Positions 19,936 to 29,909 of a stretch of DNA of 64,000 bases are shown in pieces. A program made the translations under genes and the position numbers. Source of the stretch: an uncultured Verrucomicrobiae bacterium (GTDB lineage Bacteria; Verrucomicrobiota; Verrucomicrobiia; Limisphaerales; UBA11358); NCBI GenBank assembly GCA_963845665.1, contig CAWJTA010000002.1, positions 2,211,388 through 2,275,387 of the forward strand, given 5' to 3'. The notes beneath the pieces were generated by a model. It ran no database searches. It was given only the letters and a program-made list of their open reading frames with translations, and was not told where the DNA came from. Numbering within the stretch: the stretch's first letter is position 1; every line of letters begins with the position of its first letter.

Positions 19936-20577
19936 TTAAGCCAGCGCCCGTTCTGGCGCTATGGCCGCGGCCTTTGCCAGAAGCGCCTCGAGATTTTCCA
20001 CGCAGAAACGGGACCACGATTCATAGGCGTCCGGATTCTTTGCTGCCTCGCTCAGGGAAACGAATTCCGCGCCTACGATACCGTCGCGCCCATTGGCGAT
20101 CGCGTCATCGGCCACATAAACGACGTGGACGACGCCTAAATGGACGTAACCCACATCGGTGCTGTCATCGTTGATGACGGCGACGGCCATTTCTTTGGTA
20201 ACGTCAATGGCCACTTCCTCCATTAATTCCCGGCGCATGGCTTCATGGTAGCCTGGCCCGGTTGTGAATAGACCTTTGTCTTCCTCGGAGATATGGCCGC
20301 CTACGCCGACCGAATACAACCCGTGCAGCCGGGTTTCCTGCCCGCCCTTGCCGCGCCGGTAGCGCAATATCCTGTCGCCGTGGATAATGAGAGCGTAAGG
20401 AATCAGCTGCTTGTAACGCCGGTCCTGCTCGGCCTCGCTGCGGCTCCGGTAGAGCACGTTGGATTGCGCGGTAACAATGGGCAGGTATTTCTCAACCTCC
20501 AGGCTCAGGCCTTGAAACACCCCGATCTTTTCAAATAGAGTTCGCTCGAAACAGAGCACTCGTTCTTCAGTAGCCAT
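19936..20577 (-). CDS. NUDIX-family hydrolase
   Basis: The Nudix-box-like segment is GVGGHISEEDK..GYHEAMRRELMEEVAI. 213 aa. Confidence 0.7.
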   Translation of the reverse strand: MATEERVLCFERTLFEKIGVFQGLSLEVEKYLPIVTAQSNVLYRSRSEAEQDRRYKQLIPYALIIHGDRILRYRRGKGGQETRLHGLYSVGVGGHISEEDKGLFTTGPGYHEAMRRELMEEVAIDVTKEMAVAVINDDSTDVGYVHLGVVHVVYVADDAIANGRDGIVGAEFVSLSEAAKNPDAYESWSRFCVENLEALLAKAAAIAPERALA

Positions 20578-20684
20578 ATTTGTCTGTCATTTTGAACACC
20601 CGGTCTGTCGCAACGAAGGAAAACTTATTTTTATTGTTGGCCGGTTATTCACATCCCCGGCGAAACAGCAATATCCATTGTTTT

Positions 20685-22613
20685 TCAACAGGCTGCCAAT
20701 GACATTCCCGGTTTGAAATTTTCCGGCAAATCGTCCGGCAACAGCAGGGTGAGCGCGTCGCGGTCTGACTTGCCGCTGTTGACCAGGCGCGTGCTTTGGT
20801 TGCGCACAGCCGCTTCAAACAGGTTTCGCATTTCTCGCGCGTTGCCGAACTGTTCAGTACGCGCCTGGCGCAGGCTTCGGCAAATGGCCAGGACCTGCTT
20901 TTCGGTTTCCGGCGCGCAAACCAGCCCGCTTTGCGCCGCCATCCGATGAAAAATTTCGAGCAACTCGTCCGGGGCGTAGTCCGGAAAGTTCAAATAATTC
21001 GTGAAGCGCGATTCCAGGCCCGGATTGGAGCCGATAAATTTTCTCATGGGCTCGTTATAGCCCGCGACGATGACGATCAGCCGGTCACGATCATCCTCCA
21101 TCCGCTTCAGCAGCGTATCGATGGCTTCGTTTCCAAAGTCCTGTTCACCGCCTCCCGCCAGGGAATACGCTTCATCGATGAACAAGATTCCGTCCAATGC
21201 CGAATCAACCATTGCATGCGTGCGGACCGCCGTTTGTCCGACGTATTCGGCCACCAGCCTCCCGCGGTCGCATTCCACCACGTGCCCTCGCCGGAGGAGG
21301 CCCAGCGATTTGTAAATCCGGCCCATGAGGCGCGCCACTGTCGTTTTCCCGGTGCCGGGATTGCCAAAATAGACGCTATGTAAACCCGCCGCCACCGCGG
21401 GCAATCCCTGTTGCCGTCGCAGGATTTGCATCCGCGCGAAATTCGTCGAACGATGCACCTCATCTTTCACCGGCTGAAGCCCGACCAGCGTGTCCAGTTC
21501 CTTGAGGATGGCGTTCAGGTCTTCCTCACTCACGCCGGGATCGGCCGAGCGCGCAGCAAAATCCACGGCGTACTGGCGGGAGATGTCCGTGAGTTGCGCC
21601 GATACAACCGCCATGCGCCTGCGGCAGGCATCGGACACTTCTCCACCGATCGCCGCGAGCGCCGCCGCGAGTGTTTGGAGCGTTTGCCGGACAAATTCCA
21701 CCGTCACCGGTTGCAATTGCAGGTCCAGGGCATGCGCGCAGAAAAGTTTGAAAATTTCGTCCACACCGCGTTTTTCTGCCGGCAGCAGCAGAGTTTCGAC
21801 CTTTTCCATGGCGGCACGGCCGCTTTTCTCAAACCACTTTTCAAAAGCAATAGGTTCGCCTCTGGAAGCGGCATAGCCGGAGTCAATCAATCCCACCGCG
21901 TCATCTTCCTTGTCAGCCAGAGCCGACAGGCATGCCGCGAGAACGCCATAGGCTTGTTCATCCACGCCGGGCGCAGCCAGGCGCTCCCACAGCACTAAAG
22001 CCGTTAATCGCACAAATCCGCGAACATCATCAATCAAGTCAAATTCCTCGCCGCTGATCTGTTTAACGGTCAGCAGCGGCGGCGTTAGAATTTCCAGGCA
22101 TTTAACCAGAAGGTGCAGCTGCAACAAACTGCGCAGGACCGTTTGTTCCTGAACGCCCTTCCACGCGAACGCTCCCGCCCGCCATTCGCTCCGCCGGGAC
22201 AACAAATAGAGCCGGCGCGAAAAGGCCTCAATGCAGTTGCGCAGCCGCGCGGCATCTTCAGAAGTCAGAACCGATTGCGACTCATAATATTTGAGAAGAT
22301 AATCCGCCGTCATGTCGTCCAGTTGCGCCAGTTCTTCGCGCTTAAATGAGACGGTGCGCCCGGTTTTAGGATTGCGAAATAGGCTGATGAGAACCGATCC
22401 GGGCAAAATGGATTCGTGCAAGGGCACGGCGACCGGCACGGGTTCCTGAACCCGCGGGAGCGTCGCCGGCGCGCGTGTCAATGGCTCGAGATTGCGTGCC
22501 TGCCCCAGCAATTCCTCCAATTCCCGGCACAATTTATCGCTCGCAGATTCGGGCGTGCGGCTCGTTTCCATGCTGAACTCTATCTTCAATCTGCCAGCGC
22601 GGCAATCCCCCAT
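20685..22613 (-). CDS. AAA+ ATPase of the CbbX/SpoVK/EccA type with a ~400-aa N-terminal helical domain
   Basis: Walker A is FGNPGTGKTTVARLMG and Walker B is GILFIDEAYSL. DRLIVIVAGY and FPDYAPDELLEIF are typical of CbbX-like AAA. The start may be the internal MET.. at about 22571. Confidence 0.85.
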   Translation of the reverse strand: MGDCRAGRLKIEFSMETSRTPESASDKLCRELEELLGQARNLEPLTRAPATLPRVQEPVPVAVPLHESILPGSVLISLFRNPKTGRTVSFKREELAQLDDMTADYLLKYYESQSVLTSEDAARLRNCIEAFSRRLYLLSRRSEWRAGAFAWKGVQEQTVLRSLLQLHLLVKCLEILTPPLLTVKQISGEEFDLIDDVRGFVRLTALVLWERLAAPGVDEQAYGVLAACLSALADKEDDAVGLIDSGYAASRGEPIAFEKWFEKSGRAAMEKVETLLLPAEKRGVDEIFKLFCAHALDLQLQPVTVEFVRQTLQTLAAALAAIGGEVSDACRRRMAVVSAQLTDISRQYAVDFAARSADPGVSEEDLNAILKELDTLVGLQPVKDEVHRSTNFARMQILRRQQGLPAVAAGLHSVYFGNPGTGKTTVARLMGRIYKSLGLLRRGHVVECDRGRLVAEYVGQTAVRTHAMVDSALDGILFIDEAYSLAGGGEQDFGNEAIDTLLKRMEDDRDRLIVIVAGYNEPMRKFIGSNPGLESRFTNYLNFPDYAPDELLEIFHRMAAQSGLVCAPETEKQVLAICRSLRQARTEQFGNAREMRNLFEAAVRNQSTRLVNSGKSDRDALTLLLPDDLPENFKPGMSLAAC

Positions 22614-22763
22614 CGTAAGCGAAGATGGCTGATTGATGATGAAGAATGGACATCGGATACAGGGCCGTCCTGCCTTTTCGTTCTCCTTCCCGTCCTCGTC
22701 CGCGAAATGCCATTTCCGCGCAGCCGCGCGTTTCTAAAAATTTAGCTTGGAGAACCGAACATC

Positions 22764-23501
22764 TTGGTAGTTAATTCCCCCGTGGCCACTCTTATTTTTG
22801 ATATCGAAACTTCCGCGCTGCCCCTGGACAATTTCGATGAGACGCAGAAGGAATATCTCTTTCGCGACTGCGAAAAAATCGCCGATGAAACCGGCCGCGA
22901 AGCCCGCCGGGCCGAGTTGCGCCAGATGTGCAACCTGTGGCCCTTCACGGCACAGATCGTTTGCATCGCCATGCTCAACGCTGAGACAGGACGCGGCCAA
23001 TCTCTCTTTCTCGCCGACGATTTCCAGGAGGAATCGGACGACGTAGCGCCGGTGAAATTTATTCCCTGCGCCGATGAATCCGAGTTGCTGACGCATTTCT
23101 GGGAGGCCGCCAGGAAATTTGACCTGGTGGTCACGTTCAATGGCCGCGGCTTTGACGTCCCTTTCGTTTACTTGCGGTCGGCCATTTTAAACGTGCCCAT
23201 ATCCAAAAAAAACTGGCTCGGCTATCGCTACGCGACGGAGCCGCACTGCGACCTGGCTGAACAATTGACCTTTTACAGCGTCAGCGGTCGCGACGGCGCG
23301 GCGCGGCGTTTCAACCTTGATTTTTACTGCAAAGCCTTCGGTATCGAATCTCCCAAGAGCCACGGCGTCACCGGCATGGACGTGAGCAATCTCATGGCCG
23401 AAGGCAAATTCCGTGACATTGCTGAATATTGCCTGCGTGACGTACGTGCCACCGTGGAACTTTACAAAATCTGGAAGGAACGGCTCGCCGGAATAAAATG
23501 A
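22764..23501 (+). CDS. RNase H-fold 3'-5' exonuclease related to the PolB exonuclease domain
   Basis: The exo motifs are LIFDIETSAL, VTFNGRGFDVPFVYLRS and YCLRDVRATVELY. Confidence 0.75.
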   Translation: MVVNSPVATLIFDIETSALPLDNFDETQKEYLFRDCEKIADETGREARRAELRQMCNLWPFTAQIVCIAMLNAETGRGQSLFLADDFQEESDDVAPVKFIPCADESELLTHFWEAARKFDLVVTFNGRGFDVPFVYLRSAILNVPISKKNWLGYRYATEPHCDLAEQLTFYSVSGRDGAARRFNLDFYCKAFGIESPKSHGVTGMDVSNLMAEGKFRDIAEYCLRDVRATVELYKIWKERLAGIK

Positions 23502-23552
23502 AAAAGGGCGGGCCGGCGTTTTTCTTGACTGCCCATTCTAAAAAGTTCCTGG

Positions 23553-25157
23553 TCATCCATCGCCTTTTTTGATTTGCAGCAGTTTGTCCCGATTCATCCG
23601 GAATGCTTCCGCGTTCGGATTTAAACGGATCGCCCGTTCGTAGTCAGTCAGTGCGCCGTCTAAATCTCCTTTGACTTGCTTGATCATTCCGCGATTGTTG
23701 TATGGAATGGCCAAGTCGGGCTTAAGCTCAATCGCTCGGTTGGAATCAGCCATTGCGCCCTCTAAATCACGCTTCCTGAGTTTGGCCAGGCTGCGATTGC
23801 TATAATAGGCGGCCGTGTTCGGCTTAAGCTCGAGCGCCCGGTTATAATCAGCCAACGCGCCGTCAACATCGTCCATCTTTCGCTTCAACTCGCCTCGATT
23901 ATTATGGGCCGTGGCCGAATCCGGTTCTAACTCAATGGCCCTGTTGTAGTCGGCCAGCGCTTCATCCACGTTGCCACCGTCTCGCTTCACGTCGCCGCGA
24001 TTCACATACGCCGCGCTCAATTTTGGGTTTAGCTCAATCGATTTATTAAAATCAGCCAGGGCGCCGTCCGCATCGCCTTTTTTCCACTTTAACTTGCCGC
24101 GCTTATTATACGCTCTTGCTGAATCTGGTTTTAACTCAATGGCCTTGTCGTAGTCGGCCAGAGCGTCGTGGAAGTTGCCATTGTCTCGATTAACGCCGGC
24201 GCGATTGAGGTAGGCTGCACTCAATCCGCGATCCAGCTCAATTGCTTTATTGAGGTCAGCCAGAGCGCCGTCTCGATTGCCCTTTTCTTTCCTGGTCAGA
24301 CCGCGATTGCTGTATGCCGAAGCATTATTCGGGTTGACCAAAAGCGCTTTGTCGAAATATAACAAAGCTTCGTCCAACTCTCCAACGTCCCGACGCTCAA
24401 GGCCGGCGCGATTGTACGCGTCTGACATCCAGGTATTCTGCTCATTCCGGGCCAGCTCCACTCGGCTGCAATTCTCCCGGGCGGCCGCAAAATTCGGATC
24501 GAGTTCAAGCGCTTTTTCGAAATCAGCCAGCGCGTTTTCCAGGTCTTTCTTCGTCAATCTGGCTTCTCCGCGCTTGTTGTAGTCCTCTGCGGACCGCGGC
24601 TGATATTCGAGATGGACGAATTTCTCCCAGCCTTCAATTTGATCGTCGTCTCCCGACCGGGCGTAATCATAAGACGTCGCGGCGTTGGAAAGGCCGAACA
24701 GTTCGGAGAATTCCGACATCCGCTGGGCTTCGAAAGTAAATCTATCCGCCGCTAGCAATTCTTTAAGCTTTTTCAGAGATGCCGGATCAGGCAGAAGGTC
24801 TTGAAAAAGTTCCGGGCAGCCCTGGCTTTTCTCAATTTCCGCATCGGTAGCCCCGTCAAAGTAGTCGGGACAGGAATTATATTGATCGACCAGTTTTCCA
24901 CCTCGGAAAAAAAAATACATGAAAACATCATCATCATGAACCGCCAGATGAAATACGTCGCAAGCCAAAGTTTTAGCAATTTCCTGGGAAAGAGATTCGT
25001 CCGGACCAGAACCACCCGGCAAAATACTGATCCATCCGTTTAGCGCCGGGCCCAGCAGAAATTTCGCATCGCATCGCATCGTCACCTGCTCCAGGGTCTT
25101 TTGAACGGCAGCGATATCCTCGGTTCTGGCATGGATTGAGTCAAAAAATGCACCCAT
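23553..25157 (-). CDS. TPR-repeat protein with an uncharacterised ~190-aa N-terminal domain
   Basis: About nine consecutive 34-aa units of the form AYNNRG..K..KGD.DGALADYN.AIEL.P. 534 aa. Confidence 0.85.
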   Translation of the reverse strand: MGAFFDSIHARTEDIAAVQKTLEQVTMRCDAKFLLGPALNGWISILPGGSGPDESLSQEIAKTLACDVFHLAVHDDDVFMYFFFRGGKLVDQYNSCPDYFDGATDAEIEKSQGCPELFQDLLPDPASLKKLKELLAADRFTFEAQRMSEFSELFGLSNAATSYDYARSGDDDQIEGWEKFVHLEYQPRSAEDYNKRGEARLTKKDLENALADFEKALELDPNFAAARENCSRVELARNEQNTWMSDAYNRAGLERRDVGELDEALLYFDKALLVNPNNASAYSNRGLTRKEKGNRDGALADLNKAIELDRGLSAAYLNRAGVNRDNGNFHDALADYDKAIELKPDSARAYNKRGKLKWKKGDADGALADFNKSIELNPKLSAAYVNRGDVKRDGGNVDEALADYNRAIELEPDSATAHNNRGELKRKMDDVDGALADYNRALELKPNTAAYYSNRSLAKLRKRDLEGAMADSNRAIELKPDLAIPYNNRGMIKQVKGDLDGALTDYERAIRLNPNAEAFRMNRDKLLQIKKGDG

Positions 25158-25236
25158 ACCGATTGTTTTAGCCGAAGGGTGGATTCCGTACCAGCGGATT
25201 CAGAAACACTTAAGAATTCGTTGAATTCGCGCTTCC

Positions 25237-25282
25237 GTCCTGGAGTACGACGGCAAGCGAAGCGCGCCGCCGCTTTCGAAGG
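25237..25282. repeat. REP-like element (GTCCTGGAGT.CG.CGGCAAGCGAAGCGCG.C.CCGCTTTCGAA)
   Basis: Same family as 59547-59595. Confidence 0.75.
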
Positions 25283-25478
25283 GGCAGAGGATGCGAGCTG
25301 CGTTCCATGGCGTCCCGGTCTAAGAACATCTTCCCACTCATCGGTGCCGGAATTCGCCGAAATCCAGACCGTTTTTGCAGACAAAGGTGGCTGTCTGCGC
25401 TCCTTTTGCTTCTCTATAACATTGACTTGGCCGCCGGCTTCAAATACAATGACTATCACAGTCAGCGTCGAGGTCCGT

Positions 25479-26348
25479 ATGTACAAGCGCCGCGCAGTTT
25501 CTCAAGGCGAAAAAGTCATTTCCGCGCGGGCTGGTTTTACCCTGATCGAACTGCTCGTGGTCATTGCCATCATTGCCATTATCGCGGCAATCCTCCTTCC
25601 AGTTCTAAACAAAGCCAAAGAATCGGGGCGAAATGTCGCCTGCCTGAATAATTTGCGGCAGCTTCAAATTTGCTGGCATCTCTATTATCAGGACAATAAT
25701 GACGTTTTGGCGCCGAACAACTCGGTGGCGTTCATTGACCCGGGAACCAACGTTTCGGTAGGGAATATCCAGGGCGTCTCCTGGCTCCCTGATACGGACG
25801 CACGCACGGAAATCAATCCGTCCGCCATAATCAACGGGCTTTTATATCAATACAACAATCAGATCGGCATTTACCATTGTCCGTCGGACTTTTCCACACT
25901 GGAAACACCGGATGGCCAGCCTTTGAGCCAACTGCGCTGGCGGAGCTACAATATGAGCCAATCGGTCAACGGCGATCCGTGGTTTGATACAAACCTATGG
26001 TTTACTATTCCGAATTGGGACAAGATGACGGAAATCCGGCAGCCTGATCCCACTTCAATCTTTGTATTCATTGACGAAGATTCCGGAGCCATTCTGGATG
26101 CCGAATTTGGCAACCCTCCCGCCGGCTCGGCTGATTATCAACAGAACGTCTGGTGGGATTTGCCCTCCAGCCGTCATAACCAGGGCGGCAATCTTTCGTT
26201 CGTTGACGGTCATGTCGAACATTGGCGTTGGGCAGTCCCGAAGGTTTTTTCGGGCGATTATAGCCAGCAAGTCGGCCCAAACGAAATGCCGGATTATCGG
26301 CGCCTTCAAAACGCCATGAAACAGCAATGGGACCCGTGGGACCCATAG
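25479..26348 (+). CDS. Prepilin-type H-X9-DG (DUF1559-like) pseudopilin, solitary copy
   Basis: [43 protein letters not shown], and near the C-terminus HNQGGNLSFVDGH. The upstream part of track ORF 25179.. translates a REP element, so the ATG at 25479 was chosen. Confidence 0.88.
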   Translation: MYKRRAVSQGEKVISARAGFTLIELLVVIAIIAIIAAILLPVLNKAKESGRNVACLNNLRQLQICWHLYYQDNNDVLAPNNSVAFIDPGTNVSVGNIQGVSWLPDTDARTEINPSAIINGLLYQYNNQIGIYHCPSDFSTLETPDGQPLSQLRWRSYNMSQSVNGDPWFDTNLWFTIPNWDKMTEIRQPDPTSIFVFIDEDSGAILDAEFGNPPAGSADYQQNVWWDLPSSRHNQGGNLSFVDGHVEHWRWAVPKVFSGDYSQQVGPNEMPDYRRLQNAMKQQWDPWDP

Positions 26349-26392
26349 ATGCCATCCGGGCCATAATATCCCAAATTTTTTCGTATTTCCCC

Positions 26393-26420
26393 TTGATTGC
26401 AATCACTCCGGGCGTATAAT
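26393..26420 (+). promoter_or_regulatory. Putative sigma70-type promoter of rpmI-rplT
   Basis: TTGATT (26393-26398), a 16-nt spacer, then a perfect TATAAT (26415-26420), 21 nt upstream of the rpmI ATG. Confidence 0.5.
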
Positions 26421-26441
26421 AAACGCTCTTTTGAATAATTT

Positions 26442-26651
26442 ATGAGACGTCCCAAAGGCATTAAAACAAAAAAAGCCGTGGCCAAGCGGTTCAAAATCAC
26501 CGCCACCGGCAAGGCGTTACGCTTTCGCGCCGGTCGGCGCCACCTGGCTCAAAGCAAAAACGCCCATCGCCGCCGCCGCCTGGGCAAGGTTGCCAACGTC
26601 CATCCCACGGACCTCTATCGGATCACCCAGAATCTTCCGTTCACAAGCTGA
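26442..26651 (+). CDS. rpmI: 50S ribosomal protein L35
   Basis: 69 aa, highly basic. KTKKAVAKRFKITATGK..R.AG..H is the L35 signature, and the gene is followed by rplT. Confidence 0.92.
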   Translation: MRRPKGIKTKKAVAKRFKITATGKALRFRAGRRHLAQSKNAHRRRRLGKVANVHPTDLYRITQNLPFTS

Positions 26652-26695
26652 TTCCACCGCTTCAACACTTTAACGTTTAACCTTCTCACTGCACC

Positions 26696-27079
26696 ATGCG
26701 CGTCACTAATTCTCCCGCTTCACGCAAACGCCGAACACGAATGATTCGGGCCGCCAAAGGCTTTCGCCTTAAACGCGGCAAGCTCTATCGTTATGCCTCC
26801 GACGCCGTGGACCACGGCCGCCAATACGCCTATCGGGACCGCCGCCGTCGCAAACGCGAATTTCGTTACCTTTGGCAAATCCGCATCAACGCCGCTGTCC
26901 GTGCCGCCGGCCTGACCTATAGTCGTTTCATGGAGGGCCTCAAGGCCGCCAAGTGTGAACTCGACAGGAAGGTTCTGGCCGACATCGCTGCGCGGGATAC
27001 CGCCGGTTTCTCGCAATTAATCACCGTCGCCAAAAACGCCCTTCAGGCCAAGCCGGGCGCTACTCTGGCGAAGGCGTGA
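26696..27079 (+). CDS. rplT: 50S ribosomal protein L20
   Basis: [51 protein letters not shown] is canonical L20. Confidence 0.95.
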   Translation: MRVTNSPASRKRRTRMIRAAKGFRLKRGKLYRYASDAVDHGRQYAYRDRRRRKREFRYLWQIRINAAVRAAGLTYSRFMEGLKAAKCELDRKVLADIAARDTAGFSQLITVAKNALQAKPGATLAKA

Positions 27080-27272
27080 TCTGTTGAAACGTCGAAACGT
27101 GTAGTCGATGGGTCGCGCCTGAATCCGATTCACGGTGAACCTCCAGCCGTTTTTATTCGCTCCGTCCAACCATTGAGCGAATCAGGAGCTGTTTCAACGG
27201 TTCAACCTTTTGACGAATCAACGATCCATTTTCCTTGTCGCCGGTCGCCCTCTCCGCCGAAAATGGCCGGAT

Positions 27273-28148
27273 ATGAAATCATTCCTGGCGTCGATATTCC
27301 TGTTGTGGTCTCTTGCCCTCTCTCATGCTCAAGTGCAGAGCGAGATACCGCTTTGGCCAGGCGGTGCGCCGGGGGCCCTGGGAACATCCTCAAACGATGT
27401 CCCAACCATCACGCCGTTCCTGCCCGCAACGAACGCCACAGGCGCGGCCATGGTCATTTGTCCGGGCGGCGGTTACGTTTCGCTTTCGCCTCGCGAAGGC
27501 AGGGATTATGCCCTGTGGCTTAATCAACACGGCCTGACGTGCTTCGTGCTGAAATCCCGGCTCGGTTCACATGGTTACCATTATCCCGTGGAATTCCTGG
27601 ACGTCGAACGCGCGATACGCTGGGTGCGCGCGCATGCCACAGACTACGGCATCGATACGCATCGCGTGGGCATCATGGGCTCGTCCGCAGGGGGGCATTT
27701 AACTTCGATGGCGTTGACTTATTTCGATTCCGGCGATGCCAATTCCGCTGATCCGGTTGAACGGGAAAATTCGCGGCCTGACCTTGGCATATTGTGTTAC
27801 CCCGTCATCACCATGGGACCTCTGACGCACGCCGGTTCCAAGGCAAATTTGCTGGGGCCGAATCCCTCGCCGAAGCTTGTCGATGAGGTATCCAGCGAAT
27901 TGCATGTCCAAAAAGACACGCCACCCTGTTTCATCTGGTGTACCTACGAGGACAAAACCGTGCCTATGGAAAACTCAATGATGTTCGCTGAAGCATTGCG
28001 AAAACAGGGCGTTCCCTTTGATTTGCACATCTACCAACATGGCCGCCACGGCATGGCGCTTGCTGATAAGGCGCCGTTCGCCCATCCACACCCATGGGCA
28101 AACGATTGTTTATATTGGCTTAAACAGCAGAATTACGTCAGCCAATAG
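27273..28148 (+). CDS. Secreted alpha/beta-hydrolase (esterase/lipase-like)
   Basis: Signal peptide MKSFLASIFLLWSLALSHA, oxyanion region VICPGGGY and nucleophile elbow GIMGSSAGGHL. Confidence 0.8.
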   Translation: MKSFLASIFLLWSLALSHAQVQSEIPLWPGGAPGALGTSSNDVPTITPFLPATNATGAAMVICPGGGYVSLSPREGRDYALWLNQHGLTCFVLKSRLGSHGYHYPVEFLDVERAIRWVRAHATDYGIDTHRVGIMGSSAGGHLTSMALTYFDSGDANSADPVERENSRPDLGILCYPVITMGPLTHAGSKANLLGPNPSPKLVDEVSSELHVQKDTPPCFIWCTYEDKTVPMENSMMFAEALRKQGVPFDLHIYQHGRHGMALADKAPFAHPHPWANDCLYWLKQQNYVSQ

Positions 28149-28284
28149 TACGCCCGGCTCAAAAAATGACCCGCGACTTTTATTATTAAATGTTAAATGA
28201 ATGTAAAAAATTTGAAAATTTTCGTGGCACGCTCCTGGTCTTTGGCGTAGCATGCAGATGTTTTAATACCCAACGGAGTTTCTT

Positions 28285-28878
28285 ATGGCTACACTGGCAA
28301 AAAGGTTTTTGACGTCGCTGACTGACACGGCCTTGTTCCTGCAGGAATGGCTCGCCAATCCGCAAGGCATGGGGGCCGTCGCCCCCAGCTCCAGAAACCT
28401 GGCCGATGCGATGGCGAAATGGCTGCCTTCGGACCCGGAAAGCTACGTGCTGGAACTGGGACCGGGCACGGGTGTCGTGACTGAGGCATTGCTCCGCAAC
28501 GGTTTGCGCCAGGAACGTCTCGTCGCCATCGAACAGAATTCCAACATGACCCGCGTGCTGAGGGAAAAATTCCCCCGCGCTCAAATCATCACCGGCGACG
28601 CCTGGAAACTGGACGACCTTCTCCGTCGCCGGCGCGAACCAATTGACAAAGTAGGCGCTGTCATTTCCAGCCTGCCGCTGCTGAATTTTCCGTCTGCAGA
28701 CGCCGAACGGCTCGCCGATAAAATTCGCGCCGCACTCGAACCGCACGGCAAATGGGTCCAGTTTACCTACCGTATTCACCGACTTCGCCCGCGCGGCGCC
28801 TCCAGCTTCCGTCTCCGCGCCACCAAAATTGTCTGGTTCAATCTCCCTCCCGCCCGCGTCAGTGTCTTTCAGAAGTAG
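28285..28878 (+). CDS. Class I SAM-dependent methyltransferase (phospholipid N-methyltransferase-like)
   Basis: GAVAPSSRNLADAM..YVLELGPGTGVVTEALL is SAM-binding motif I. 197 aa. Confidence 0.7.
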   Translation: MATLAKRFLTSLTDTALFLQEWLANPQGMGAVAPSSRNLADAMAKWLPSDPESYVLELGPGTGVVTEALLRNGLRQERLVAIEQNSNMTRVLREKFPRAQIITGDAWKLDDLLRRRREPIDKVGAVISSLPLLNFPSADAERLADKIRAALEPHGKWVQFTYRIHRLRPRGASSFRLRATKIVWFNLPPARVSVFQK

Positions 28879-28910
28879 CAAGCGTTAACCGGCCTGCTCC
28901 CGTTCCAGCG

Positions 28911-28950
28911 ATTCCACGTTTTAACGTTTTAGTGCTTCAACGTTTCAACC
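28911..28950. repeat. GTTGAAACG-family word array
   Basis: attccacgttttaacgttttagtgcttcaacgtttcaacc lies 13 nt upstream of the start at 28963. Confidence 0.8.
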
Positions 28951-28962
28951 TATATTCGAACA

Positions 28963-29805
28963 ATGGACCGCGCACAACGATTGCCGGGGTTTGCAGCGCA
29001 CGGACGGTTCGGGCTCCTGCTGGTCGCCATCTGTTGGCCGCTCAATTGGACATTGCCCGGTCAACGCACAGCCTACCTCTTTTTTCCGCTTTGGCTGGGA
29101 TATATCCTCGTTGTGGATGCATTGGTTTATCGGCAATCAGGATCGTCGCTATGGTCGAGATCGCGGCGCGGGTTCGCACTGCTGTTCTTGCTGTCGGCGC
29201 CAGCCTGGTGGCTGTTTGAGATTATCAATAGCCGGACCGCGAACTGGGAATACCTCGGCTCCGGCGGCTTCACACCCTTGCAATATAATGCCCTTTGCAC
29301 CCTGTGCTTTTCGACGGTAATGCCGGCGGTTTTTGAAACGGCGGAATGGGTACGTACCACGCGCTGGGTAAAATCGTTGCGCCCGTGTGCGCGCGTTCCC
29401 GACACCCTGCGCGTGAATGTGTTCATGTGCCTGGCCGGGGCGGTCATGCTGGCTTTGACCCTGTTCTGGCCGCGATTTTTTTATCCATTCGTCTGGATTT
29501 CACTGGTCTTAATCCTGGAACCCATGAACTCATGGATCCGCCGCCCGCATCTTTTGCAATGGCTCAAGGACGGAGACTGGCGTCCGGTCCTCTCACTATC
29601 ACTGGGCGCGTTGATTTGCGGGTTGTTTTGGGAAATGTGGAATGAATGGTCGTGGCCCCAATGGGTTTATCACACACCCGGCGCCGATGTTCTGCACGTC
29701 TTTAAAATGCCTTTGCCCGGATATGGCGGGTATGTTCCCTTCGGGTTGGAGTTGTTTGCGCTGAAGAACTTTATCTGGCCGGGCAGTCCGAAATTACAAT
29801 TGTAA
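28963..29805 (+). CDS. Hypothetical polytopic membrane protein
   Basis: 280 aa with at least six hydrophobic helices, rich in Trp. No family was recognised. Confidence 0.6.
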   Translation: MDRAQRLPGFAAHGRFGLLLVAICWPLNWTLPGQRTAYLFFPLWLGYILVVDALVYRQSGSSLWSRSRRGFALLFLLSAPAWWLFEIINSRTANWEYLGSGGFTPLQYNALCTLCFSTVMPAVFETAEWVRTTRWVKSLRPCARVPDTLRVNVFMCLAGAVMLALTLFWPRFFYPFVWISLVLILEPMNSWIRRPHLLQWLKDGDWRPVLSLSLGALICGLFWEMWNEWSWPQWVYHTPGADVLHVFKMPLPGYGGYVPFGLELFALKNFIWPGSPKLQL

Positions 29806-29909
29806 AAGCGTTGCGCCAGTAGACTTGCCGCGAACGTTGGGACGATCGAAAAATCAACCGCGTTTCAATGGGCTTTTTTCTCTTTTTTCTCTTTTCCATT
29901 TTAAATTTG

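Noticed and set aside
25179-25478. A 100-codon N-terminal extension of the pseudopilin as drawn in the ORF track (start 25179).
   Set aside because: The extension translates a REP element (25237-25282) and has no leader-like character. The ATG at 25479 gives a normal basic leader ending in G/FTLIELL.
26442-27079. Absence of infC upstream of rpmI-rplT as an anomaly.
   Set aside because: The gene order infC-rpmI-rplT is common but not universal. A plausible dedicated promoter is present at 26393-26420, so this is not noteworthy on its own.
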